This document shows positions 1-34,780 of a DNA stretch of 64,000 nucleotides, one piece after another (position 1 is the stretch's first letter; every line of letters begins with the position of its first letter). The notes under the pieces are model-generated. The model ran no database searches. It had not been told where the DNA came from and saw only the letters and a list, made by a program, of their open reading frames with translations. The stretch comes from Amoebidium appalachense (Eukaryota > Protista > Ichthyosporea), in NCBI GenBank assembly GCA_963693365.1, contig CAVNZM010000006.1, positions 7,915,264-7,979,263 of the forward strand. The letters run 5' to 3'. The position numbers were made by a program, and so were the translations under genes.

Positions 1-133
1 CCGTGGTTTATCAGCGGAACTCCAAAACATGGTGTTACGCAACCGAGAAGCCGTTCTCACCAAAGCTAGCACTGCTCGGTCTCGCAATCTATGATCAAAC
101 ACACGTTACATGTTTCAAACTTAAGGTAGCTTG

Positions 134-585
134 GAACCATGTAATTGCGGCGATCGGTCTCCGGGTCAAATTCATATGAAACAGGGTTACGTCGAGAGCA
201 AAAAGGTACACCAATTATGCGGTAGAGCTATAATTTTTGCATGATAATTATGTAAATAGTGTTTTCTTCAAACGTTCAGTACAGAAAAATTATAACTCAA
301 TTGGTTCAGCGCCAGCGACTGAAAGACCAACTGCACCAAACCTGGTGTGTTTTACATAGTCTAAAACGTACCAGATTTTGGTGCAGTTGGTTTTTCAGCC
401 GCTGACGCTGAACCAATTGAGTTATAATTTTTCTGTACTGAACGTTTGAAGAAAACACTATTTACATAATTATCATGCAAAAATTATAGCTCTAGCGCAT
501 AATTGGTGTACCTTTTTGCTCTTGATGTAACCCTGTTTTTCATATAATTTGGCCAGGAGACCGATCGCCGCAATTCCATGGTTTC
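134..585. mobile_element. Foldback/MITE-like palindrome, arms of about 210 bp, in an NF1 intron
   Basis: 134-345 (aaccatgtaattgcggcgatcggtctcc...ccaactgcaccaaa) is the near-perfect reverse complement of 371-585 (tttggtgcagttgg...ggagaccgatcgccgcaattccatggtt). TTAA occurs at 121-124 and 593-596. Confidence 0.8.
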
Positions 586-596
586 ATCCTCGTTAA

Positions 597-870
597 AGCA
601 ACCACTGCTTCTTCCTTTTTTAGCCATGATCGGGGATGATCCGACCCAGCATGTAAGATTGCACTGGCGCGGGCAGTGAAGTTCTCGATCCTATCAAACC
701 ATCGAGGGTGTGACGTCATTCTATGCACAGCTGTAATTTTGGCGGGAAAAGTTGTGCACAGAATGACGTCATACCCTTGATGGCTTGATAGGATCGAGGA
801 TTTCACAAGCCATGCCAGAGCAATTTGACATCCTCGATCGAGGCTTAAAATGGAAGAAGCAGTGGTTGCT
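597..870. mobile_element. Non-autonomous Kolobok-like MITE
   Basis: TIRs agcaaccactgcttcttcc / ggaagaagcagtggttgct, flanked by TTAA at 593-596 and 871-874. AG...CT termini with a TTAA TSD fit Kolobok rather than piggyBac (CC...GG). The interior is also palindromic. Confidence 0.75.
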
Positions 871-1212
871 TTAAGTAAAAGGCTGAACACGTTTCAAACA
901 TAAGTTAGGGGATAAAAACTGTTTGTATCTTGTAATAAGCTTCGTAAATCTATGCATGTGCCTCGATGGATTGAGGTATTGTTTGGTCTCTAAGCCTCCA
1001 CAAAAGAACGTGTTCCTACTCTTCGACCCTTTTCACTAAGCGACAGCTGTATTTAATGGAACCCCCCGGATTTCTTATGGCAGCGTGCTTTGCGTGCAAT
1101 CTTGTGTGGGTAATTTTGTAATTTCATGCTGCTGGCTAACGCTACCCCCCCCCCCCCCCCCCTCCCCGTGTATAATTTTATACTAATGTTACCCCCCCCC
1201 CCCCCCCCCCAG

Positions 1213-22808
<21,596 letters not shown>

Positions 22809-23384
22809 CCCAGCCGCGAACGACAGCATGTAAAACGACGAATATTTTTCATTCTGCCATTTTTTATGTCCTCCATTTTTTTGTTCTCTTTTATTGATGG
22901 TTTTTTTTTTTTGTGTGTAGTGTGTGTGGGTGGGTGTGATGGTGGTAGTGGTTGGGGGGGGGAGGCACGAAAATGTCCATCGGCTTGCTCACTTTTTTTT
23001 GTCTTCTCGAAAATTACTAGAATGAGTGTATGAAGAAAAAATTCAAGGCCCGCGCTAATACTCTAAGTTTAAAGGGTTTGTATTTTAACCCCCCCCGGGA
23101 CTTAATTCTTTTCAGCTGGTGTAGTATGTTAGCCAGGGAAGTATCGACTTAGGTATCGACGGGGGAGCTTCCTAGAAGCCCCGTCTCCTGAGTTCCTATC
23201 TATATTTTTCTTGCTTCTGCTTACTGCTGCAACTTTAACCCCCGGCCTTTCCCACTGCCCTTGCCTGCATAAGCAACCCTGCTCGTCTCTGATCAAGACG
23301 GGTGACCTACTCATGTTCAAGTGAAACAGTATCTGAGTTGGGTTTCGTTAACGAGGGGAATAGGTCGAAACTCGGGTACTGTGG

Positions 23385-23510
23385 ATGACGTGGGCCCCCC
23401 CTGAGGATGGGCTCTGCTTATTATGCATACTCTTTATGTATGGCTTGCATTCTGCATCGTGTTATCCGTTTGTTCTTGTGTACTTCGTACTTTTTGACGC
23501 ATTCAAACCC
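23385..23510 (+). repeat. Dispersed 130-bp repeat family, copy 3
   Basis: atgacgtgggcccccctgaggatgggctctgcttatta...gtacttcgtactttttgacgcattcaaa followed by poly-C. Confidence 0.8.
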
Positions 23511-23531
23511 CCCCCCCCCTCCCCCCCCCTC

Positions 23532-23564
<33 letters not shown>

Positions 23565-24332
23565 CCCCCCCTCCCCCTGCCCTCCCAATGCATGCGAGAA
23601 CACACCTGACACACACACCCGTACACACATATACACAGACATACATGCACACACCTACACACGCACATACATATGTATGTGCATATAAATCAATACAAAA
23701 AGCTCTGCTTCGAATTTTTAGGACTAGCCCTTTGTTAGATCTTGTACAAACTTCAACGGCACCGCCGCAGAATTAGTGATGGAATACTAATAAGTACCAG
23801 TTTATTGTTATTGTTGTTATTGCATGTCATTATATGGTTTTTGTAACTATTATTAATGTATGTATGTATATATTTTCGTAATCTTTGGCGTACGTGTGTG
23901 TACGAAACAAACCATAGTGTACATATCTAGGATGATTCATGTGTCACTTAGTGACGACCAACGTAACACGTCTTCTTTTTCGTTTTTCCCCCCACATTGT
24001 TGTGTATCTCTTATGTCTCTTAATGGTAATATGTCTGTAAGCCTTTTCGCCCCCATAGCCACAATATGGCTTAACGAATGAGTCAACGAGATTGTAGAGT
24101 ATGAATGAAGTTCTGATAGTATTAAATTAGTCTGTTTGAGTATAGAAATGTGCGATGCGATGCTTTCAGCACTCAATTTCAAATACAAAATTGTGGCTTC
24201 CGACTCGATTCTCAGAGTTCAGAGCCCCCTTCAGTCCCCTCCGTCCCCTCCATCCCTCCAGTTTAACCCCCCCCCCCCCCCCCCCCCCCAAAAAAGAACT
24301 TAAAGAAGAAGAGAAGAAGAAAAGATGTGTAC

Positions 24333-24382
<50 letters not shown>

Positions 24383-24440
24383 AGCACCACACGACACGCC
24401 CACCCAACCCGGACCAACACACACACAGACATTGTCAAGC

Positions 24441-24492
<52 letters not shown>

Positions 24493-25683
24493 ACATTGAC
24501 ACACACACACCAATGGGGGGGAGGGGAAGGGGAGCATTGTGTTTCCAGCGATTTTAAATGGTAGCAGCAACTGCCGTAGCGAGTACGAAAACAGTGTCAC
24601 AGATCTTTAACTGACACAACGTGAAGGCGAGGGACACGTAATTGGAACAGAGCTCATCACTGTGCATGCCCCCGCGGGGGGGGGCGGGGGGGGGGGGGGG
24701 GGGGGGGGGGGAGGGGGATGTATGCGTTAGAGGGTTGGAAAAACGGAGGAGACAATAAAGAGCAACAACCTGAGAACGTCGCAACCCAGAATTCTTTAAA
24801 CAATTCAAGCGTGCAGGCAGAAGACACTTGAACAGAGCCCATCATCAGGGGGGGTTCCTATGCCTCCACAAAAGTATGGGGTGGAGGTGGGTGGTGGTGG
24901 CATGTGTGTGTGTGTGTGTGTGTTGGGGGGGGGGGGGGGGGGGGGGGGGGGAGGGGGGGAGGGAGGGACGGGCCTATTGCTCTCAGTTAGCTTTCGTAGA
25001 GGATGGGTGTCCAACCCATCATTTGCTTTCACCAGGGGGAGGGGAAGGGGGGGGGGGGGGGGGGGGGGGGGAGGGGGGATGCGGACGCGGAACACGGATA
25101 CGAATGGGGGCCCTATGTATCGGATTCCATTTGACTGTGTACACCATGAGAACGGGGTGCAGGCACTAAATATAATTAATCATGATCAGGTCACATCTTA
25201 AGAGTAAGCATCCACGTGTGCCACTTCCTGATCAGCAAGGCGTGCTGTTTATGTACATGAACATCATTCAGAACAAATTGAAGGGGAGCCTAAGCCTTGC
25301 TTGTTAAGAGACGGAGAAGGTTGCTTCTGTGAGCAAAACGGTGAGCGCCTGTGTGGGCAAACTGATAATAATGCAGGCATGCAGAATAACACCTGTTTAA
25401 GTGATTACATTTGCACGACAGAGGGATAGGGCATCAGAGGCAAGGGCATGGAAATTCACAGACAGAGAACAAAACACGAAAATTCGAAACGTGCAGGGAA
25501 ATCTTTTGAGCAAAGCCCATCCATCATAAGTGGGGTTTCTATTGCCCAACAAAAGAACTGTGTTCAACTCTACAAACTCTCACACATAGTTCCCAACCTA
25601 TTATTTGCTTCCAACGGAGAGCCAACCAGATTGAACTTAGAAGACCCTCTGGGGGGGGGGGGGCCGGAGGGGGGGGAATGGGG

Positions 25684-25813
25684 GGTTTGAATGCGTCATA
25701 AAGTACGAAGTACACATGAGCAACGGATAACGCGATGCAGAGCGCAAACCACACAAGAAGAGTATGTATAATCATTATAAGTGGAGCCCATCCTCTCGGG
25801 GGACCTCAAGGCG
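25684..25813 (-). repeat. Dispersed 130-bp repeat family, copy 4 (inverted)
   Basis: Reverse complement reads ...gaggatgggctccacttataatg...catactcttcttgtgtggtttgc...gtacttcgtactttatgacgcattcaaacccc. Confidence 0.8.
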
Positions 25814-25835
25814 TCTACAGGAGAGGTGAAAGGAA

Positions 25836-25869
<34 letters not shown>

Positions 25870-26214
25870 GGCAAACCACCATAAGACAAATATGTGTATG
25901 CTTTACTGAAGTGTTGTGTACCCGTGTGTCCCAGACACACGGGCCGTATAGGCGCCTTAAAGTTCACCCCTACAGCGTGCTCTTTAAATTCCCCTGAATA
26001 CCAAGTGAGTGCTATCATACAGTCCATGATTTTTTACTGTTTTGCGCTGTGTGTGCAGGTAGCTGGCACCTCCGTTCCGCCTTAATAAACAATCCACACA
26101 CTTAAAGAGAAAAAAATTAGAAAAAATAAACGGAGTCGCCAGCACTGCCGGCCATTCGTCCGGGCATACCTTTAACATTCATCACACGTGATGTATTTTT
26201 CCTTTTTTTTGTTT

Positions 26215-28157
26215 TTACTTGGCGCAGCTTCCAGAAGACTTGGAAGACAGAATAAGTGCCACGATCATACCGTAAAGCCCCAGCACCTCAGCGAAAATGA
26301 GAATCAGAATCATACCCACAAACAGGCGTGGCTGCTGGGCAGTACCCCTCACACCGCTGTCACCCACAATGCCAATGGCAAAACCGGCCGCCAGACCGGC
26401 AAGACCCACACTCAGACCTGCTGCCAAGTCGTTCATGCTCCTGTGAAGGGGTCGAAAATGGGTCAGAATACAGGCCGTAGAAATTGCTACGCTTTGTCTA
26501 CCTCGGGCACACATACAACGACATACACGCCTGCCCCTGTCACCCAACCTCGCCTCCTACCTACCTATATATACCAGAAGCACAAACTTATCGCCCTTGC
26601 GACTATACACAACACGTTGATACGTTACTGCTCCTCAACGAGAGGAAATGGCATTATTTGACAAAGTTCTCCTCTCTCTCTCTCTTCCCCCCCCCCCCCC
26701 CCACCCCCACCCCCTCCTTCAAAGGGAGCACAGGTATACGCAATATTATATGCACTCGTGTGTCTGGGGTTGACCCAGGAATGGTGATGGTGATTCTTGA
26801 GAGAAGAAGGGGGGGAGGGAAGGGGGGGGGTATGGATGGCGTAGATTATCAAGTCGGAACATTAACTCAGCGTTAAGAACACCGGTATCAAACTGTAGCA
26901 GTCTGTCAGCCCACTTCGGCCTCCAACCAGCCACACCAAGCTGCCTGAGTGATAGCTCTAAGGCTTTTAGAAGTGCCCAAATGCCTTGATGTGTACTTTA
27001 CTCTGACACCAAGAGATGCAATCACTCAAAAGCCGTTGATACCAGTCGGTGGGTTGCCCATTATAAATAGACTAAGGCACCACCCACACACTAGCCACAG
27101 AAACACGAACCGGCCATCCATGAGTGATCACAACGGGTTGGAACAGGCCAAGGGATGAAAAGAAAGGACGGCCGAAAAAACACAATAGAATCCGAGGTAA
27201 TCAGAAACAGGTGTCTGTTTACAACACTCACTTGAACAGGGAGTAGTCGCCCTCCTTCATGCCCTGACCGATCAGCACAGCCACGACCAGGCCGTAGATA
27301 CCGATGATACCAGCCATGACCACGGGCACGATGGACTTCATGATAAGCTCTGGCCTCATAACGGCCATGGCTGCAATGCCCGTGCCGGACTTCGCTGTGC
27401 CGTATGCGGCACCGAAGGCTGAGGGGGAAAGGGAGAATGTGGGTGAGCCTCTCTTGCACTCCTTGATAAGCCTGCTGAAACTGTCCTTCGTTTGCCCAAC
27501 GCAATCCTGAAGACGTCAAGGGGGCAGGGACATGCAGAGAGGGAGGAACACCAGGAACGGAACGGGATGAGGGTGAGAGGGAAAGGCATAAAGGGGAGAC
27601 AGGGGGGGAAGGGGGGGGGGGGGGGGGGGGAAGAGGGGGGGGGGGGGGGGGGGTGAGGAAGGAGTAAGGAGGCGGAGTGCACAGAGAAGGCGTTCAACTG
27701 ACCAGTGCCTTCATCAACGAAGTTAGCTTTGCCCCTCAACAGCCCCCCAACATCACATTTAGCTATGATATCCTATACGCACGCACAAGCTTGTATCGTG
27801 GCCGCTCCCTACTAGCTGGAACCTTCTTGGCAATAGATAACAGCCATTCGAGGCCAGCTCAGCGTCTGAAGCACACAAAGCCAGAAAGTGGCTCATGTTC
27901 TGCTTCCTGCTTTCTACCTAAAAAAAAGAGAGCAAGGCTTAAGAAGTCTTAAAACCACGGGGAAATAATCAGCTGCCTCGGGTTGCTGATCATCGTTTCC
28001 TCAGGACTATAAGGCCTTCTCTTTCAGCCATCGGAATCCTAACAGCCAAAACTCCTTCGGTTTGTAACCTACCAGCGAAAACCATGGCAGACGCAGCCCC
28101 CATGGCCCCAAAGAAGGGGGCGTAGTACGGGCACTTATCAGTATCAATCGCCGACAT
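26215..28157 (-). CDS. ATP6V0C: V-type H+-ATPase V0 proteolipid subunit c (16 kDa)
   Basis: Exons 28157-28073 ([28 protein letters not shown]), 27418-27232 ([45 protein letters not shown]) and 26440-26215 ([43 protein letters not shown]...CAK*). The proton-carrying Glu is present. Confidence 0.97.
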
Positions 28158-29699
28158 TTTGTCTAAATAGAACTAACAGAAAACGGTAGGTAAAAAACTA
28201 AAAAGGGTGCTCTGGGCGCTTTCAGAGGGCAAGGGAAAAGTTATGTTTTCTGTGTGGGGCGAAGAGGGAGGCGGGAAGATTTTGTTTCGAATCGAGCACC
28301 AAATTTGGCAATCGATGGAGTGACACCTTTCCCTCGATAACAGCGCAAATGTTATAGGAGCAAGGATAATACTCATGGGCGTCGGGCGCTATAGGCGCAG
28401 CCAAAAACAAATAAAGTTTATACCTTAACTTTATGTAAATAGAAAAGTGGCTTATAATTTCTTAGTGTCTATATACTGATAGATATCTTAATGTGCCAAG
28501 ATGTGTTTATAGCTGGATATGGAATAGATGTATATTAGCGAGGAACTCTCAAACTACCACCTAGACCACTTAATAAAGAATGCTGATTGGATACCATACA
28601 TCGCTCACTCGGGCTCACTATTTAGTGTCCCTGACTTTGAACAAATAAAAATGCTTATATTAGATGTTGGAAGTTCGGAGTAGACTCAAGTGTCCGCGGC
28701 GACAGTCCCCCTACAGGTATCTATGTCAAGATGATTTCTTTTAGTTACTGCTTTATAATGGTAATGGTAACGCGATATTAATCTACAAAAAACCTCTGCG
28801 CTAAATAGATATGGGAATGCTAGACTCACTCAGTTACGGTACAGTAGTAGCGGCACTAACGGAGTCGCATCCAATGAAACACCCGACTATTTTTGCTTCA
28901 AATGTTCCGTCCGCAATTTCCCCCTAAACTTATGGTTTTGAACCGGCGCGAAGACTGAAAACTTTGGAGCTTCCCTCGCGGCCCTCCTCTGTGTTGCAAC
29001 TTGCAAGTGTGCACATGTACCGATCCTCAACATCTAGGCTGTTTACACGCTAGCTAATTCCTTATACTGTAGTTGCATATATGTGTACGTATATGTAGCC
29101 CTCGCTCAGTCTGTTTGCAACTTGACTATAGCCAACACATACTCGGCACATACTGGGGCAAGCAACAATTGCTTGTTCGTACCCGGTTATCAGAGATATA
29201 TTCTGCATGAAGTGGCCTAGACTTTCCCCCATCTCCCTGTTTCAACATTTTAACGGCATAGTTTTTCTAGCCAGGGGCTCGATGCATAACTTGATTCAAC
29301 CAGGTTGCACATAAACGATGTAGAAGTCGCACAATACTTTATGTCAACCGCCCACGTCGCGCAGGTTGCAGGCAACAAGATAACCAAACTCGTCAGCGTG
29401 GTGTTTTGTGTTGACCACGGCAAACAATAAAGCGTTGATGGCGTGGGCCATGAGCCAGTTTCCCTCCTTTTTCCATCACTCCCTTTCCCATACCCAATTA
29501 TCCACTCGGTTCTCCATTCCTATCCCCTCTCAGTTCCTACCTCCTGGCCGCGCCGAGGATGTCGATGAGATGCAAATTGGAACAGCAAAGGATGACCAGC
29601 ACCTTTTTGCATCTCCCTCCACTACCTCTTTTTTTTTTTCTTTCACGATTTTGCGTTTGCGTCGCTTATTGGTCTTTTTGTCTGTCTGGAGGGTCTTTG

Positions 29700-30792
29700 A
29701 ACACCTTTTTGGAGATGCCGCTGTTGGCATTTTTTTAGAGTTGTAAAACTGTTGCCGTCCTTTGGATGGTGTGCTACTGTTTGTATTGTTTCAGTGCTCT
29801 GAGATTCTGCTGTTGGCATCTTCTTGAGCTTTTGCGGCATGTGTGTGTCGCTGTTGGCGTCTTTTTGCAGAACCGTGCATGTGTCGCTGTTGGCATCTTT
29901 TTAGAGATGCCGCTGTTGGCATCTTTTTGGAGTTGCCGCTGTTGGAATCTTTTTAGAGATGCCGCTATTGGCATCTTTTTAGAGATGCCGCTGTTGGCAT
30001 CTTTATAGAGATGCCGCTGTTGGCATCTTTTTAGAGATGCCGCTGTTAACATCTTTTTGCAGAACCGTGCGTGTGTCGCTGTTGGCATCTTTTTAGAGAT
30101 GCCGCTGTTGGCATCTTTTAGAGATGCCGCTCAGTCAAGTTGGCATCTTTTTAGAGATGCCGCTGTTGGCATCTTTTTGGAGATGCCGCTGTTGGCACCT
30201 TTTTTAGAAATGCCGCTGTTGGCATCTTTTTGGAGATGCCGCTGTTGGCATCTTCTTGGAGATGCCGCTGTTGGCAGCTTTTTAGAGTTGTAAAACTGTT
30301 GCCGTCCTTTGGATGGTGTGCTACTGCTTGTATTGTTTGCTTTGAGGTTCTGCTGTTGGCATCTTCTTGAGCTTCTGCGGTATGTGTGTCGCTATTGGCA
30401 TCTTTTTGCAGAACCGTGCGTGTGTCGCTTTTGGCATCTTTTTAGAGATGCCGCTGTTGGCATCTTTTTAGAGATGCCGCTGTTGACATCTTTTTAGAGA
30501 TGCCGCTGTTGACATCTTTATAGAGATACCGCTGTTGGTATCTTTGTAGAGATGCCGCTGTTGGCATCTTTTTGCAGAACCGTGCGTGTGTCGCTGTTGG
30601 CATCTTTTTAGAGATGCCGCTCAGTCAAGTTGGCATCTTTTTAGAGATGCCGCTGTTGGCATCTTTTTAGAGTTGTAAAACTGTGCCGTCGTTTGAATGG
30701 TGTGCTACTGTTTGTATTGCTTGCTTTGAGGTTCTGCTGTTGGCATCTTTATGCAGAACGGTGCGTGTGTCGCTGTTGGCATCTTTTTGGAG
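29700..30792. repeat. 26-bp hairpin-unit satellite with higher-order blocks
   Basis: Unit agagatgccgctgttggcatcttttt. Block marker tagagttgtaaaactgt...ggtgtgctactg at about 29737, 30283 and 30668. Confidence 0.9.
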
Positions 30793-31256
30793 CGATGAGT
30801 TGGTCGGTATTCGGTTTGATTGTTTGTACTATGATATGTACACGTCATCCACCGTTGGGAGGGCGCAGGGGGGGGAGGAGGTTGAGGGACTCGAGAGGGC
30901 CCGGGGGGGGGGGGAGAGGGGGTGTAATAGCACTCCCATGTGTAGTGAAACTCTGAGACTCAAATAAGCTACAGCAGACATGTCCCACGTGTAAGTACAC
31001 TGGTGAGGAGGCTGGCACCATGCATGATCACACGATTATAATGGCAGGAACTAGGCCAGGGGTGTCAGTGTTGAAGACGGCCCCGGGTATGTGGTACACG
31101 CGTGTGTACACGACCGAGTGCATGTGTCCCAGTGTTGCAGGTGCAGGTTGGGGTGGGAAGGTGATCGGGTGGGTATGCCACGTGCACGTCTTCTTCTAGA
31201 TCTCTTTCCGAAGCTTCCTCTTCTTTTGTTTGTGTTGTTGCTTTTGTTGTAGTTGT

Positions 31257-31297
<41 letters not shown>

Positions 31298-31509
31298 GGG
31301 AGTGGAGGGGATTCCGATAGATGCATATGTATGGTCCTAGAGACAGCGGTATTATAAAACACACAAAAAAGTAGAAATAGTTTCTGTTTCCGAATAGGTA
31401 GCGCCATAAAGTGCCTATGGTGGATATTATGTCACGCCATGCCAAATGATAATGTAGGGTCCGAGGCTCCTTTCGTAAAAACGGTTTTTTTGAGCTTCCT
31501 TATATACAT

Positions 31510-31596
31510 AATGGATAAAACAATGAAAAAAGTAGGAATAGGATAAAACAATAAAAAAAGTAGGAATAGGATAAAACAATAAAAAAAAGTAGGAAT
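31510..31596. repeat. Short tandem repeat, about 28 bp x3
   Basis: ggataaaacaataaaaaaagtaggaata repeated. Confidence 0.85.
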
Positions 31597-32315
31597 ATGG
31601 ATATTATTCGAATGAACGTGCCGAATGAATCAGGTATCGGTGTGTATTTTGTATGTCTTTGCCCGTCGTGCAATGTATGTAAAGTTTGAAGGGTTTTATT
31701 GGACGGGCTCGACGGACTGTCTTTAGCATGTTACCCTTTGTATATGTTACCGCTTTATCTCGCGAGTACCGGCCCACGAGAAAACACTATGTACAACCGC
31801 AATGCCCTTTGTATCATACTATACTAGTATACTAATACACAGTAGCACACGCTTACAACTTCCCTGGAGTCAGTGACTCATTGGCAGTGTGGTGTTATAA
31901 GAAAATTTGATTTACATGTACAGGATCCGGAATTAAGAAGAAAAACAGGGGGGAGAAAGAACGTGCGCGGCGCAAAAAACAAAGCTGTAACCTGAGAGAG
32001 GGACTCGAATTGGGAATGCCTATCGATTCACTTGCTTATTAATTGTTGTAGTCTAGTCACTCAAAAAGAAGATAAGAAGAAGATAGAAGGAGCAGCAAAA
32101 TTCAAGGAAACACTCCCTTGGTATTGAGACATGAGTTGAGGGGGTGAAGAAAGCTAACAAACGTCATACAGAAAAAGAAAAAAAAAAGGGGGGGGGGGGG
32201 GGAGGACGGATGCCCACGGGTGAATGGGAGGAGGGCACAGAGGAGGGGGGAGAGAAAGGGGGGGGGGGGGGGGGGGATTAAAAAACTAAAACAATAATAA
32301 AAGCTAAAATCAAAA

Positions 32316-32890
32316 TTATGATATCACAGCAGCAGCAACAATATTCACATGCATCGTCACCCCCACCGTCTTATAAATATTCCCCGAAGGAACAAACGTC
32401 CCATTTTCGCTATCACCAACAAACGCATCAGTCAGCGTGCTCGTAGCCATAAAACTGTTTCCATCGGTTTCCTTTGCGGCCGTGTCCTTAAAATTGGTCC
32501 CGGGAGCCGCAGCATTGGACGCCAAATTGGTAAGAACGGCGCTTGAAACCGCCCAATCGCTGTTGAGAGTTAAACGCATAGTAAAATTGTTGCTCGCCAT
32601 GAAGGCGTTGTGGGGGGTGTTTGTCCCCGGTTGGACGATTGACGCGGTCAGCTGTGGAGGGGGTGAAACGTGAGCATGACAAGAAAATAAAAATGGAACA
32701 GAAATGAAAAAAAAAGGAAAAGAAAAAAAAAATAACAAAACTATAAATCATGTAAGGGATAATGAATGTAGGTTGTGCGGGTGTTGTGCAAGGTTAATGA
32801 GGGTGTGTTTCTTGTTGCTGTTGTTGGTGGCAATGGTATGTTTTGTGTTTTGTTTCTCCTTCTTGTTCTTCTTTTTTTTTTTTTTTTTGT

Positions 32891-32935
<45 letters not shown>

Positions 32936-32989
32936 CAAATCGGTTGGTAAAGCGGTGGGTGCTAAGTTGTGGGTGTGGGTGTATGTGTG

Positions 32990-33038
<49 letters not shown>

Positions 33039-33454
33039 GTGGTAGTGGTGGTGATGTGTGCGTGTGGGTGAGTGTTGGGGGGAGGGGAGGGGGGGGGGGG
33101 GGGGGGGGGTAGCACGCACCGATGGTACGGGAATGACCTTTGTCGTCTGAGCAGGGGAACATAGGTCACTTGAGGCGAGAGTAGATGCAAAAGTAGAATA
33201 GAAGTTTGTTGAAGTGATATTCAATGATGTGTAGTCGTCACAAACGGTGGGGAGGACGGCTGAGTTGCACGTGACGGTGGCGCCGTTGAGCTTGTAGGCC
33301 GCCTGATTTTAAATTTTAATTTTAGGTTTGTGAACAATGGCTATGTGTTATATTGAGTAAGGAATGTAAAATATGGGTTAAAGTTGAATGTTGTGTTTAC
33401 TTTTACTTCGCTCATCTTTTTTTCTCCTTCTCTTCATTTTTGGGATTTTTTGGG

Positions 33455-33496
<42 letters not shown>

Positions 33497-33690
33497 GAAG
33501 GGGGGGGGGGGGGGGGGGGGGGGGTAGAATACGTTACAGAAAATACAGTTTGCATGATTTTACGAATAACACAATGTAGATTGCAGGAGAGGAAGGAGTG
33601 AAGGGAGGGGAGGAGGGAGCTTTGTGTTACAGGCCGGAAACGCATATGTGAAAGAATATGGGATGTAGTGGAAAGGAGGGCAGGAGGGGA

Positions 33691-33738
<48 letters not shown>

Positions 33739-34225
33739 GGACTTTGTACGTACATTTATGTTGCATGCAGTTTTATAATCCACCAACACATCAAACGACT
33801 GCCCACACCATCCAGCCGTGTAGCTCGAACACGTGACCCCCCCAGCCGTCACATTTCCGGTGGCGCTCGCGGTGGAAGGCGCTGAATTTTCGCTGATTCC
33901 GATTCCTGAAACCCCCCCAATGTGCAGGGGTTCCGGGACGAGAACGTAGAGAGTCGCTTGGAGGGCCCGGGCCTCTTTAATGACGGATGGACCTTGGGAG
34001 ATTATAGTTTTGATGGTGTCCGCCGGTGAAATACCCTGGTTTTAAAAAAGGAAAGGCGAGTTAGGGTGTGTGTGTACACGTTTTCTTCATGTAAAGTATT
34101 TATCCTTCCACACACACACGCACACGCGTGGGCACATACACATAAACACTACAAACATACAGATACCTGCACCCACGCACGCGCACGCGCAGACGCACCA
34201 ACGCACGTCGCGCGCGCGCGCGCGT

Positions 34226-34271
<46 letters not shown>

Positions 34272-34682
34272 CACTCACACACGCCCAAAAGAAGAAAAAA
34301 AATCGTCGGCACAATACATACCCATAAAGTTGCATTGACGCTGCTACTTGAAGCATAGCCATTGTCCGTATACACCAATGAAATCGTTCCGTTCCAACTG
34401 AACAAATTTGTCGAATTGTCGACATTTCGCGAAAATCCGCACTGTGTGTCGAGCGTTTGCAGCGGGATCGTCACCGTAATCGTGTCGATGCACGTCGTGG
34501 GGTTTGAAGTTGATCGGAAATTTAGGATTTTGTCGTTTCCCGTGCAGCTTCCAAAGGATACACCGGTGTATACCCTTAAATCCTTAAACGATGTTTGGAG
34601 ATTTACGGTGATGTCGCCGGCGGCCGCTGTGTGGCTTGCGACGGACAAATCGGTGCTCGCTGTGTGTATAATAGGTGGAGGT

Positions 34683-34780
<98 letters not shown>

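Noticed and set aside
23360-23425. Hammerhead ribozyme or Penelope LTR (CTGAGGA plus a small stem, with GAAAC nearby)
   Set aside because: No GAAA follows the stem in any copy, and stem I cannot form in the permuted arrangement.
29700-30792. CRISPR-like palindromic repeat array
   Set aside because: Units are contiguous or separated by recurring rather than unique sequence. No cas genes, and the context is eukaryotic.
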